Virus record (IMG/VR): IMGVR_UViG_3300045988_138690
Location: 1 to 64,000 of that record
Source: a virus
DNA: 64,000 bases
Reading direction: 5' to 3' (one strand)
In this document: positions 43,796 through 52,820 of the stretch, piece by piece
Numbering within the stretch: position 1 is the stretch's first letter
Layout: each line of letters begins with the position of its first letter
The notes under the pieces: model-generated
Database searches by the model: none
Seen by the model: the letters and a program-made list of their open reading frames with translations, nothing else
Told to the model about the DNA's origin: nothing
Made by a program: the position numbers and the translations under genes

Positions 43796-44020
43796 ATAAA
43801 AATCCCGTCCTGCCCATCACGGGTCAGACGGGAATGGATATGCCCGATATGTACAATAAAACCAAATTGTCAACAAATAAACAAACAGCAAACTATCAAG
43901 CATATCCCGTCAATAAAATGAGTAGATATCCATCGCATATCCTCACGGATTTGAAAAATATCTTAATACCTTGCAAATATACTGATAATTGGTTTTGGCA
44001 AACAATTTTGAAACGATAAA

Positions 44021-44488
44021 ATGAAGAGTAACATTATTACCCAAAGTATACCGGGCGGGTTCTCGGTAATAGCGAGCAGCTTTATTGTACAGTCATTGGA
44101 GCACATGATACCGTGGCTGATAGTCTCATTTTCGGTTATTGTATGTGATTTGGCATTCGGAGTGAGAAAAAGTTTATTGATGAATGAGGAAGTACGTTTC
44201 TCCGGGGCTATACGCCGTACTATGGGTAAGATGGTGACATACTTCGCATTCGTATGCATGGTTGTGATGATAAACATTGCTTCGGGCGACAAATGGAACA
44301 TTGATATATATTCATGCCTGTTGATATGCTTTATTGAGTTTTGCTCCATAATAAGCAACATATTAAAGCCTAAGGGATATGATTTCGACATATTGAAGGC
44401 TTTAGGCTTATTCGGTAAAAAAGTTTTTAATGTTGACAAGGAAGATATAAGTGATATAATAACTAAAGATAAGGAGGACAAGAAATAA
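44021..44488 (+). CDS. holin candidate (multi-TM phage holin family)
   Basis: Three to four TM segments. CDLAFGVRKS ... CFIEFCSIISNILKPKG resembles the D..tG ... E..SI.EN pattern of holin/toxin-secretion family proteins. Confidence 0.55.
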   Translation: MKSNIITQSIPGGFSVIASSFIVQSLEHMIPWLIVSFSVIVCDLAFGVRKSLLMNEEVRFSGAIRRTMGKMVTYFAFVCMVVMINIASGDKWNIDIYSCLLICFIEFCSIISNILKPKGYDFDILKALGLFGKKVFNVDKEDISDIITKDKEDKK

Positions 44489-44597
44489 ATTTAATTGATT
44501 TTGTTTTCATTGCGCCGTTTGCTTTTTATGTCATAATCTATGCATTTGCGGTAAAAGAAACCAAATATAATAATAACTAACGAAAGGAATAAATCTG

Positions 44598-45353
44598 ATG
44601 AGAAAGATACGGATAAAAAATGACATAAATGTCACCCTTTCCATAAAACGTGACGGTTCAATCGAAGACCTTACCGGAAAGGATTTGGCTATTGTCATGC
44701 AGGTCGGATACTTAAAGGCTGCCATCGAGGATTTTACCGTCGATGGGAACAAGGTAGGCTTTCTTTTCCCGGCATTGCAGCAGAAGCATACCGGAGTGTA
44801 TTCCATCACCATACAGGTAAGGGATGGCGATGCCGTGAACACAGTGGACAAGTGTGACGCATTCGAGCTTGTGTCGTGCAGTTGCAATGTAGGCGGTACG
44901 GATGAGCCTAATATCGAAACCGTATCATTGGAATATTCTTTAGACCTTAAGACCGATACGGGCGGTTCTTCTTCGGGAGGCGGGGGAACAGGTGACTACA
45001 GAGACCTTGCCAATAAGCCTAAAATCAACGGCATCACCCTTGACGGGAACAATACCCTTGGAGAACTCGGCATACAACCGGAAGGCGAATATCTCACAAA
45101 GCAGGATATTCCGGATTTGAAGGGTAAAGACGGGAAGTCCGCTTATCAGATTTGGATTGATGCGGGAAATTCCGGTACGGAAGAGGATTTCCTTGTATCG
45201 TTGAAGGGTGCTGACGGGCATACCCCGGTAAAAGGTACGGACTACTTTACCTCTGATGACGTGTCACAAATTGTCAATGATGTGACAGCGGCCATATCCG
45301 GTCAGATTGATGGGATAAACGCCATTGTAGGTACGGAAGGAGGTGAAGCATGA
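44598..45353 (+). CDS. tail fibre/baseplate-type protein (BppU-like N-domain, collagen-like fibre repeats)
   Basis: GKDGKSAYQIWIDAGNSGTEEDFLVSLKGADGHTPVKGTDYFT is a classic phage fibre repeat. The N-terminal part has an Ig-like pattern. Confidence 0.5.
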   Translation: MRKIRIKNDINVTLSIKRDGSIEDLTGKDLAIVMQVGYLKAAIEDFTVDGNKVGFLFPALQQKHTGVYSITIQVRDGDAVNTVDKCDAFELVSCSCNVGGTDEPNIETVSLEYSLDLKTDTGGSSSGGGGTGDYRDLANKPKINGITLDGNNTLGELGIQPEGEYLTKQDIPDLKGKDGKSAYQIWIDAGNSGTEEDFLVSLKGADGHTPVKGTDYFTSDDVSQIVNDVTAAISGQIDGINAIVGTEGGEA

Positions 45354-46477
45354 GCACGCTTGGCGAACTGAAATCAAACATATTATCGGTGATATCCAAG
45401 ATGAAGGAAAACCTTGTTTCCAAAGGGGTACAGGTCAGCGATGCCGATACGTTGCATACATTGGCTGATAAGGTCAATGATATACAGGGGCAACCCGCCA
45501 ACCCCAACATTTATACTGTAGACTTGTCGGTATACAATTATACGGAGGAGGAGCTTGCCGAAGCGAAGGCGATACTTGACTACAACATTGTAGGAATATG
45601 GCAATCCGAGGAAGCGCAGAAGATACTTGGAATGCCGGAGTCTTCATACGGATTTTCTTCCATAAGTGACATGATATACAATAACGGTTGCGTGCGGCCA
45701 ATACTTGTCCCAAGAATTACGCTTAGGGTTGGGGCGGTAAATCTGCAAATACCTACGGGTATCGCTTTAAGTACTGCCATATACAGGGGAGCGATGAACT
45801 ATGAGGGATTGGGTACCGACGACAAGCGGGCACGTAATTTCTCAGCGGCATGCAGGAGCAATTATGGTATCACAAGGTTGCCGGGAGGAAACTGGAAGGA
45901 GACATGCGGGATTGCGGACATGATGTTTGAAAACTGCACAAGCCTTATCGATGTAGACCTTGAACTGCCGAATTGCACTTCTTGTACGAGCATTATGGGT
46001 AGTTGCTCCGAACTTAAGAAGGCACGCCTTGTAATTCCGAAGGTAGAAAGCAGCAGACAGTTTTTCAGGAGCTGTACCTCTTTGGAAGATGCATATATTG
46101 ACATGCCTTTGAATGATAGGTTCGACTACAGCCTTGAAAGGTGTACGGGACTTAAGAAACTTACCATAATATTCGGGGCAAACATAGGAAGCTACAACAA
46201 TTGCTTTAGCTGGGAATTTCCTGGCAACTACACTTTGCTGAAGAATATATGCATGCATCCTTATGCCACTGTTCTCAACCTGTCAACCATATCAAAGTGG
46301 GGTACGGATACTCCTGAAAACAGGCAATCACTGGTTGATACCCTGATAACGTATTCTTATGACAGGGCATCCGCAGGTTACAGCGCTGCTGCCGTATCCC
46401 TCCATGCTGATGTAAAGGCTTTATTGACAGAAGAAGAACTGACGCAAATCACCGACAAAGGTTACACAATAGCATAA
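45350..46477 (+). CDS. BspA-type leucine-rich repeat protein
   Basis: FENCTSLIDVDLELPNCTSCTSIMGSCSELKKARLVIPKVESSRQFFRSCTSLEDAYIDMPL matches the F.nCtsL LRR_5 periodicity. Confidence 0.55.
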   Translation: MSTLGELKSNILSVISKMKENLVSKGVQVSDADTLHTLADKVNDIQGQPANPNIYTVDLSVYNYTEEELAEAKAILDYNIVGIWQSEEAQKILGMPESSYGFSSISDMIYNNGCVRPILVPRITLRVGAVNLQIPTGIALSTAIYRGAMNYEGLGTDDKRARNFSAACRSNYGITRLPGGNWKETCGIADMMFENCTSLIDVDLELPNCTSCTSIMGSCSELKKARLVIPKVESSRQFFRSCTSLEDAYIDMPLNDRFDYSLERCTGLKKLTIIFGANIGSYNNCFSWEFPGNYTLLKNICMHPYATVLNLSTISKWGTDTPENRQSLVDTLITYSYDRASAGYSAAAVSLHADVKALLTEEELTQITDKGYTIA

Positions 46478-46481
46478 TTAT

Positions 46482-46682
46482 ATGATAACGCTTAAATCAA
46501 AAACCGGGTATGTGTTTACCCAATCGGCTGAAATCCCCCTTGAACAGAGGGTGTATGCCAAAGAATTGTACTTGGCGGTAAATGATACTCCTGGCAACTG
46601 GAAGGAGATTACCGATGAAGAAGCTGCATCCATGCAGGAAGAGTTGAACAAAATAACCAAGGAGGAAGGAAATGAATATTAA
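46482..46682 (+). CDS. hypothetical protein
   Basis: ORF track 66 aa. Confidence 0.5.
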   Translation: MITLKSKTGYVFTQSAEIPLEQRVYAKELYLAVNDTPGNWKEITDEEAASMQEELNKITKEEGNEY

Positions 46683-47112
46683 GGACTATTTCGACATTCA
46701 GGAACTTGTATGCCGTCATGTGTACGATAAGTTCGGGGAAAGCGCTTGGCAGTTCTTTGACAGCCGCCTGCTTGAAACGTTGCTTGTTATCCGTGAGAAG
46801 CTTGGCAAGCCTATCCTTGTGAACAATTGGCAGGTTGGCGGCAACCTCACACAAAGAGGTTTTAGATGTAATGTATGCCAGCTTGTCGCTGAAAAGACAA
46901 GGCTTGAAAAAGTGTACGTATCGGCACACATGCAAGGCACGGGTATAGACTTCGATGTAAAGGGCATGACGGCTCTTGAAGCCCGCAACTGGATTAAGGC
47001 AAACCAGATACTCCTTCCTTATCCAATAAGGCTGGAACAGGATGTTACGTGGGTGCATCTTGACATGCGAAATGACGGCACAAGGGGAAAGGTAGTGTAC
47101 TTCAAAGGGTAA
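46672..47112 (+). CDS. endolysin, peptidase M15 (zinc D-Ala-D-Ala/L-Ala-D-Glu peptidase fold)
   Basis: SAHMQGTGIDFDV and WVHLDMR supply the H-x6-D ... H metal ligands typical of M15 phage peptidases. Confidence 0.7.
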   Translation: MNIKDYFDIQELVCRHVYDKFGESAWQFFDSRLLETLLVIREKLGKPILVNNWQVGGNLTQRGFRCNVCQLVAEKTRLEKVYVSAHMQGTGIDFDVKGMTALEARNWIKANQILLPYPIRLEQDVTWVHLDMRNDGTRGKVVYFKG

Positions 47113-47258
47113 TATTGATTTTAATTTCGTTCTTTGACATGTTGGGATTACCGTTAATCGTTTTTGCAAATGTGAATAACACACGTGTGGCATAATTTAT
47201 ATGTTAAATATATTGTTTTCTTTCTTATAAAAACTGATATTTGCGATAATTAAACCTC

Positions 47259-48122
47259 ATGAGACATATAGCTATGAATATAAAATTTGAAGGTCAAACG
47301 CATCAAATTGATGCAAACACCCTTATATCTTCATTGGTTCATTATCAGACAGTAATCAATGAAGCGAACCGGATTTACGGAAATGGGACAAGAAATATTA
47401 CCTTAAAAGTAAATGCGATTAATAAAGGATCATTTGTTGTAGATGTTTCTATCGAAGAAGGTCTTAAGGGATTATTCTCAAATGATACTATAAACTATAT
47501 TGCGGGGCTTGTAACCATAATAGGAGGAGTGTATGGTGCTTACTCTCACTTGAAAGGGAAGCCCGCAAAAAACAAAGAGGATATTAATAGTATCTCAATA
47601 AAAACCGGAAAGAATAGTAATATTGAAATCAATCAAAATATTGTAAACGTGTATAACCAGCCAGTCGTGCGTGAAGCTATATCTAAAACAATTCAAATGG
47701 CAGACGAAGACCCATGCGTTGACGGTGTTAGTATAGATAATGGCGAGGGGTTTAAAACAGAGTTCAAGAAAGAAGACTTTAAAGAACTTATATATAATGA
47801 CTTTGATAAAGAAGAAGATATTCCAAACGAAAAGATAGAGGAGGTTGAAGCTCTTCTTACTATAATTGCTTTAAATTTTGAATCCGGAAGTAAATGGCAG
47901 TTTATTTATAACGGCTTTAAAATACCGATGATAGTAAAAGATGATGCTTTGATGAAAAAAATAGATGAAGGTGAAAGGTTCGGAAAGGGAGATGCAATAA
48001 AAGTAAGAATGAGAATACTTAAGAGGTATAACAATCAATATAAAACCTACGAAAACAAATCTTATAAAATCGTAGAGTTTTATGAACATATAATAGCACC
48101 TAAACAATCCGATATATTCTAA
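47259..48122 (+). CDS. hypothetical protein, AT-rich K/N/I-rich moron between the endolysin and the spanin candidate
   Basis: ORF track 287 aa, alternative ATG at 47274. One central hydrophobic segment, YIAGLVTIIGGVYGAY. Composition differs visibly from the neighbouring genes. Confidence 0.6.
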   Translation: MRHIAMNIKFEGQTHQIDANTLISSLVHYQTVINEANRIYGNGTRNITLKVNAINKGSFVVDVSIEEGLKGLFSNDTINYIAGLVTIIGGVYGAYSHLKGKPAKNKEDINSISIKTGKNSNIEINQNIVNVYNQPVVREAISKTIQMADEDPCVDGVSIDNGEGFKTEFKKEDFKELIYNDFDKEEDIPNEKIEEVEALLTIIALNFESGSKWQFIYNGFKIPMIVKDDALMKKIDEGERFGKGDAIKVRMRILKRYNNQYKTYENKSYKIVEFYEHIIAPKQSDIF

Positions 48123-48217
48123 GATTAAATATAGAAGGCGGTAATTCCAACAAGGTTTCACCGCCTTTTTTGTGTCCGGGCGGTATCCAAGTTCGGACAC
48201 CCTTTATTGTTGGATAT

Positions 48218-48712
48218 ATGAAATGTAATATTGGTGAATTTCGTAGGCTTCTTCTTTGGGCTGCAATAGGCATATTGGCAATGCTGTTATCATCTATGCT
48301 CTCTTCGTGCCGAACGAGGACGGTCTATGTGCCCGTTGAAACCAAAGTCCTTGACAGTATCATCCTGCATGATACGACATTCCAAGAGAAGTTGGTACCT
48401 TATAAGGATAGCGTATCCATTGCTGATACTGCTTCATTTTTATGCAACCCATACGCATACAGCTATGCCGGTTACAGCAATGGCATGTTGCATCATTCAC
48501 TTGGCATATACCCGTTTGCCACAGTAAGGGTAAATGTCCCGTATTTCATTGAAAAGATAAGAAGGATTGAAGTGCCGAAGCCTTATCCGGTGGAAAGGGA
48601 ATTGTCATGGTGGAATAAATTTAAAGTCAGATATGGTAATGTCAGCCTGTTTGCCAATTTGGTTTTCATAGCCTTTTTGGTGTACAAAATAATAAAGAAA
48701 TTAAAGATGTAG
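48218..48712 (+). CDS. unimolecular spanin candidate (N-terminal lipoprotein signal plus C-terminal TM)
   Basis: The signal LLLWAAIGILAMLLSSMLSSC has the lipobox LSSC. The C-terminal VSLFANLVFIAFLVYKII is a TM segment. This is the T1 gp11-type architecture. Confidence 0.5.
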   Translation: MKCNIGEFRRLLLWAAIGILAMLLSSMLSSCRTRTVYVPVETKVLDSIILHDTTFQEKLVPYKDSVSIADTASFLCNPYAYSYAGYSNGMLHHSLGIYPFATVRVNVPYFIEKIRRIEVPKPYPVERELSWWNKFKVRYGNVSLFANLVFIAFLVYKIIKKLKM

Positions 48713-48924
48713 AAGTCAGCTTGTAGTTGGCGCTCTTTTTGGGGCTTAGAGTGGAAAGAAAGCCCCCAACGTTCAAATTAATATTGCCACATAAAAATTT
48801 GAAAAAGCATAAGATACCGCACGTTGGAGGCTTAATATCTTCAACACGGTATCTTGTGCTTTGTTCATATGGATCAAATATTTTATGTGGCAGGGCAAAG
48901 GTAAGCATAAAAATCATAAAAACT

Positions 48925-49218
48925 ATGTGTAAGTCAGAAATCTTTGCCGAAACAATCAATCTCGTCTCCCGTGAGACTGAAATTCCTGTTAACCAAATAC
49001 TTTCTTCAAAGAAGGATACGGAAACGGTTGATGCCCGCTATCTCCTTGTTTCCCTTCTTTCCGACAGGGGTATGTATCCGTCACAGATAGCCTCTCACAT
49101 CAATAAGACCAAACGTGCGGTGAACTACATGATTACCAATTTCCGTATGCGTATGGAAAGTGGGAAAATGTTGAGAATATATTGGGAAAACATTAGGAAA
49201 TCGTTGGGAAGCAACTGA
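48925..49218 (+). CDS. DnaA domain IV-like HTH protein
   Basis: ILSSKKDTETVDARYLLVSLLSDRGMYPSQIASHINKTKRAVNYMI parallels the DnaA C-terminal DNA-binding pattern. ATG at 48925. Confidence 0.45.
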   Translation: MCKSEIFAETINLVSRETEIPVNQILSSKKDTETVDARYLLVSLLSDRGMYPSQIASHINKTKRAVNYMITNFRMRMESGKMLRIYWENIRKSLGSN

Positions 49219-49285
49219 TTTTTTGATAGTTATCGTATATATACTTTTGTAAACGGTCATATGACCGGAATAAAAAGTATATATT

Positions 49286-50248
49286 ATGAGCGAAACAAAA
49301 ACGTATGTGTTTCCTGAAAGTGGAAACAATGGCGGTGGTGGCATGATGGCGATGCTTGCTCCACTGTTGCAGCAGAAGGGCATAGATCCTAATCTGCTTG
49401 TTGCCATGAACGGCCGTAACAATAACGGCTTCGGTGGAGAGGGTTCATGGTTTATCTGGGTGATTTTCTTGTTCTTCCTCATGGGATGGGGTAACAACGG
49501 ATGGGGAAATGGCGGTTTCGGTGGTGGCAATGGTGCAGCCGGCATACCCAATTTGATTAACAATGACGCAGGAAGGGAATTGTTAATGAGCGCTATCCAA
49601 GGTAACGGACAAGCCATAAACAACCTGGCTACAAACCTTAACTGTTCAATCGGTCAAGTCCAACAGGCTATCAATGGCGTAATGTCACAAATCCAACAGG
49701 TAGGTAACCAGGTAGGACAAAGTTCAATGCAGATAATAAACGCTATCCAATCCGGCAACTGTCAGATTGCACAACAAATTGCGTCTTGTTGCTGCGAGAA
49801 CCGCCTTGCGATTTGCCAACAGACCAACACGCTTCAAAATGCCATCAACGGTGTGGCTACCGGACAGGAGAGGGGATTTGCATCCGTGGCTTATGAGACA
49901 CAGCGCCAGACTTGCGACCTTCAAAACTCCATTAAGGACAGTACACAGCAAATTCTTGCCGGACAACGTGCTGCTGAGATGCGTGAGATGCAGAACAAGA
50001 TCGACAAGCTTCGTGAGGAGAACAGCAATTACAAGACATCTGCCATGACTTCTCAGATTGTAGGTCAGGCAACAGCCCCACTTGGAGCAGCTTTGAGCGA
50101 TTTAAGCTCTCGTCTTGCCAAGATCGAGTGTGCCCAACCTCCCACATTCCCGATGCCGTATTGTCCTGCAAGTGGGAATTACGTGCCGGTGAACTATTCT
50201 GTTCCTGTTAATTTCGGTGTATCTACATTGGGAACTTGCGGTTGCTAA
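49286..50248 (+). CDS. low-complexity membrane protein: Gly/Asn/Trp-rich N-region with a TM segment, Gln/Cys-rich coiled coil, C-terminal CGC
   Basis: SWFIWVIFLFFLMGWGNNGWGNGGFGGGNG, then QQIASCCCENRLAICQQTNTLQNAING, ending in TLGTCGC. Confidence 0.65.
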   Translation: MSETKTYVFPESGNNGGGGMMAMLAPLLQQKGIDPNLLVAMNGRNNNGFGGEGSWFIWVIFLFFLMGWGNNGWGNGGFGGGNGAAGIPNLINNDAGRELLMSAIQGNGQAINNLATNLNCSIGQVQQAINGVMSQIQQVGNQVGQSSMQIINAIQSGNCQIAQQIASCCCENRLAICQQTNTLQNAINGVATGQERGFASVAYETQRQTCDLQNSIKDSTQQILAGQRAAEMREMQNKIDKLREENSNYKTSAMTSQIVGQATAPLGAALSDLSSRLAKIECAQPPTFPMPYCPASGNYVPVNYSVPVNFGVSTLGTCGC

Positions 50249-50262
50249 GAAAGGAGGTAATT

Positions 50263-50769
50263 ATGTTATATCCTAACTTAATGTATCCTTATTGGCTTCC
50301 AAGCCCTTTTCTGATGAACCTCTCCGCAAGGGGGATTAGACGGATTGACATTAACGGTATCTATGAACTTTCGACGAATGCCGTCCAGTTGACAGACGCA
50401 AGCGTAGATTATGGCATTAATCCTTCCTGCTACAATGCGTTGCCATGTGAAAGCATAATTCTTTTAAAAGTTCATGCCGATGTACCGGCTGGTGGTGAAG
50501 CATTACCTGTATACGTAATAACCCCTAACATGGGTCAGACTACACTGGCTACTGCCGGGGTTACTTCCGGCACATCGAAAGTTCCTGTTGTGGATAGCAA
50601 TAACAATCCGGTCACCGGTACTGATGTCACAGGTACTACGGAACGCCTTGCTTATTTGAATAAGCGCACAGGTGTTATACGTTTTCTGGAATTTACCGCT
50701 TCAACACCTACTGCCGCCAGTAATGACGCTCCGTCGGTAGCAAGCGTAAATGTCACAAAGTCAAAGTAA
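50263..50769 (+). CDS. hypothetical protein
   Basis: AAGGAGG lies 7 nt upstream of the ATG at 50263. 168 aa, Thr/Val/Gly-rich, beta-type composition. Confidence 0.6.
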   Translation: MLYPNLMYPYWLPSPFLMNLSARGIRRIDINGIYELSTNAVQLTDASVDYGINPSCYNALPCESIILLKVHADVPAGGEALPVYVITPNMGQTTLATAGVTSGTSKVPVVDSNNNPVTGTDVTGTTERLAYLNKRTGVIRFLEFTASTPTAASNDAPSVASVNVTKSK

Positions 50770-50815
50770 AAACAATGGGCGGGAGAAATCCCGCTCCTTA
50801 AAGAGTTAATTAATT

Positions 50816-51349
50816 ATGCCTTTTCAGAATTTAAGAGTAAACAGCGAGTTCTTTGTCCTTCATAAGGACGGCACTCCTTATATTGAAGTAGGTTCCGTTG
50901 TCGGGGTTTCCAATCCTGTACAGGAGTTTATGCAGCAGCCAGTCCCTTATGGGCAACCTCCAAGGATGGTAGTTGACGTAACAATCAAGGTAGGGGAACA
51001 AACGGTTACTTTCCAGAAGATACCTGCAATGTCTGACATTGCCGATGCGAACTTTCCCGGAGGTGGTAACATGGTCATATCAGGCTCAAGGGAGTCCATG
51101 AATGCGGAAGTTGCCGCCATGCGTAACCGTTCCTCTGAAATATTGGGTAAAGTAGATTACCACCGTTCAGTGATGGAGGCATGTGACAACATGCTCCAGA
51201 TCCTTAATCCGGAATTGGCTGAACGCCAGCGTCAGGATGCTGAGAATAAAGCCCTAAGGAAGGAGCTTAGTGAACTGAAGGCGATGATGGCTGATTTCTT
51301 CAAATCTTCTGATAAGGCATCTGGTAATAACAATTCTAAAAAACAATAG
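50816..51349 (+). CDS. hypothetical protein with a C-terminal coiled coil
   Basis: ORF track 177 aa. Confidence 0.6.
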   Translation: MPFQNLRVNSEFFVLHKDGTPYIEVGSVVGVSNPVQEFMQQPVPYGQPPRMVVDVTIKVGEQTVTFQKIPAMSDIADANFPGGGNMVISGSRESMNAEVAAMRNRSSEILGKVDYHRSVMEACDNMLQILNPELAERQRQDAENKALRKELSELKAMMADFFKSSDKASGNNNSKKQ

Positions 51350-51350
51350 T

Positions 51351-51638
51351 ATGATGATGATTGAAATTTCCGAAAGCAAGGTCGAGAAAATGTCCGACTA
51401 TGCGGAAAAGATGCTTCGCTACGGCGGCAAGCTCATGCAGTGCATAGAGGAGCTTTCCGAAGGCGAGGGTATGGGCGAACGCCGGGATGATGACCGTTAT
51501 TATGACGACGACCGTTATTATGACGAGGAAAACATGGGCGAACGCGGTGGCTACGGTGGCGGCTCAGGCCGTGGAGGTAGTGGTATGGGACAGAGACGTG
51601 GAGTCCGTGGAACCGGGCGTTATTCCCGTTACCGTTAA
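51351..51638 (+). CDS. low-complexity Asp/Arg/Tyr/Gly protein
   Basis: RRDDDRYYDDDRYYDEENMGERGGYGGGSGRGGSGMGQRRGVRGTGRYSRYR. A 15-bp tandem DNA repeat encodes DDRYY twice. Confidence 0.5.
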   Translation: MMMIEISESKVEKMSDYAEKMLRYGGKLMQCIEELSEGEGMGERRDDDRYYDDDRYYDEENMGERGGYGGGSGRGGSGMGQRRGVRGTGRYSRYR

Positions 51639-51685
51639 GTTTAACCGGGGAGGGCGCAAGCCCTCCCTGTAATCATTAAAAAATT

Positions 51686-52111
51686 ATGAGATACAGGGAA
51701 CCTTTAGATATAAGAGATAAAAGACCTGAAGAAATGGAGGCATATTTGAGCAATTTCGGCTGGCACTTTAATAAAAAGATGTGCGACTTTGCCGTTTCTT
51801 TAATGAAAAGAATAAATCCGGCCACAGGTAAAAAGGAACGTATTGAACCTGTTTCAAAGGAAAAGGCAGAAGAACTTCTTACAAAATATGGAGTAAAGCT
51901 GGATAATAATTCACTTTATGATTTCGTGTACGTAATCAATATGGGTAAAGCCGACTTTTTCAAATCCTCTATTCCTGATGAACAGCATCTTGCCATGTAT
52001 GTCAAGGATGTGATTGATGACCCTGACGCTCCAGACGGAACGACAATGCGTCGTTGGTATGCAACTATGATTGCGTCCGGTGAACCTATAGAATGGGACG
52101 AAATGGTATAA
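51686..52111 (+). CDS. hypothetical protein
   Basis: ORF track 141 aa. Confidence 0.6.
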   Translation: MRYREPLDIRDKRPEEMEAYLSNFGWHFNKKMCDFAVSLMKRINPATGKKERIEPVSKEKAEELLTKYGVKLDNNSLYDFVYVINMGKADFFKSSIPDEQHLAMYVKDVIDDPDAPDGTTMRRWYATMIASGEPIEWDEMV

Positions 52112-52114
52112 GGT

Positions 52115-52549
52115 ATGATACGCCAACAGTTTACTCTTGAAAGGTATGACTGGAACGTCTCCGTATATTATGCCGTGGATGCCTATTATGTCAATGAAAT
52201 AATAGACCGTATGTATTCTATTGGATGTGACGGGGAAATGCTCCGTACAGCCTATGAGAATATGAGTTCGGGTAAAATGAATACCGGAGTCACATATTCC
52301 AACTTCCGGGACAGGGAAACGGTGATGGTTATAGCCATTACTTCCTCTTCAAAGGAGTTTGAGAAATCTTGGCGGCATGAGTGCGGGCATCTGGCTACCC
52401 ACATATGCCAAGCGCTTGACATAACCCCGTATGGAGAGGAAATCCAATATATCGGGGATGATATAGTGGAAAAAACGTGGAAGTGCGCTCACCCGTTGCT
52501 GTGTGAGTGTGACTGCTGCAAAAATAAAGTTAAACAATTAATAGATTAA
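52115..52549 (+). CDS. putative zinc metallopeptidase-like protein (HExxH)
   Basis: WRHECGHLATH contains HExxH. Cys-rich C-terminus CAHPLLCECDCC. Confidence 0.4.
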   Translation: MIRQQFTLERYDWNVSVYYAVDAYYVNEIIDRMYSIGCDGEMLRTAYENMSSGKMNTGVTYSNFRDRETVMVIAITSSSKEFEKSWRHECGHLATHICQALDITPYGEEIQYIGDDIVEKTWKCAHPLLCECDCCKNKVKQLID

Positions 52550-52553
52550 AGTT

Positions 52554-52820
52554 ATGTACCAAAATTCAAAAATTGAAGCAAGATGCGAGGCGGTCAGAAT
52601 GGCTGCATGTGTAAAAGACGTTACGAGTGATAACTTACTCGAAATGGCTAAGAAGATAGAAAATTATATCGTGGGAGACATTGAGCTTCCGGATATTTAT
52701 GACCCGAACGCCAATTTTAAGGAATTGGTAGAAAAAATATCTAATAGAGTTGTTGATGGAAATGAAAAAAGAACTCCTGGAGTTGAGCCTAATTTGATAA
52801 ATACACTTGCAAATGCGTAG
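52554..52820 (+). CDS. hypothetical protein
   Basis: ORF track 88 aa. Confidence 0.55.
   Translation: MYQNSKIEARCEAVRMAACVKDVTSDNLLEMAKKIENYIVGDIELPDIYDPNANFKELVEKISNRVVDGNEKRTPGVEPNLINTLANA

Noticed and set aside
43963-44481. 172-aa minus-strand ORF opposite the holin candidate
   Set aside because: It is the mirror frame of a multi-TM gene within a uniformly + strand late block and has no promoter or start context.
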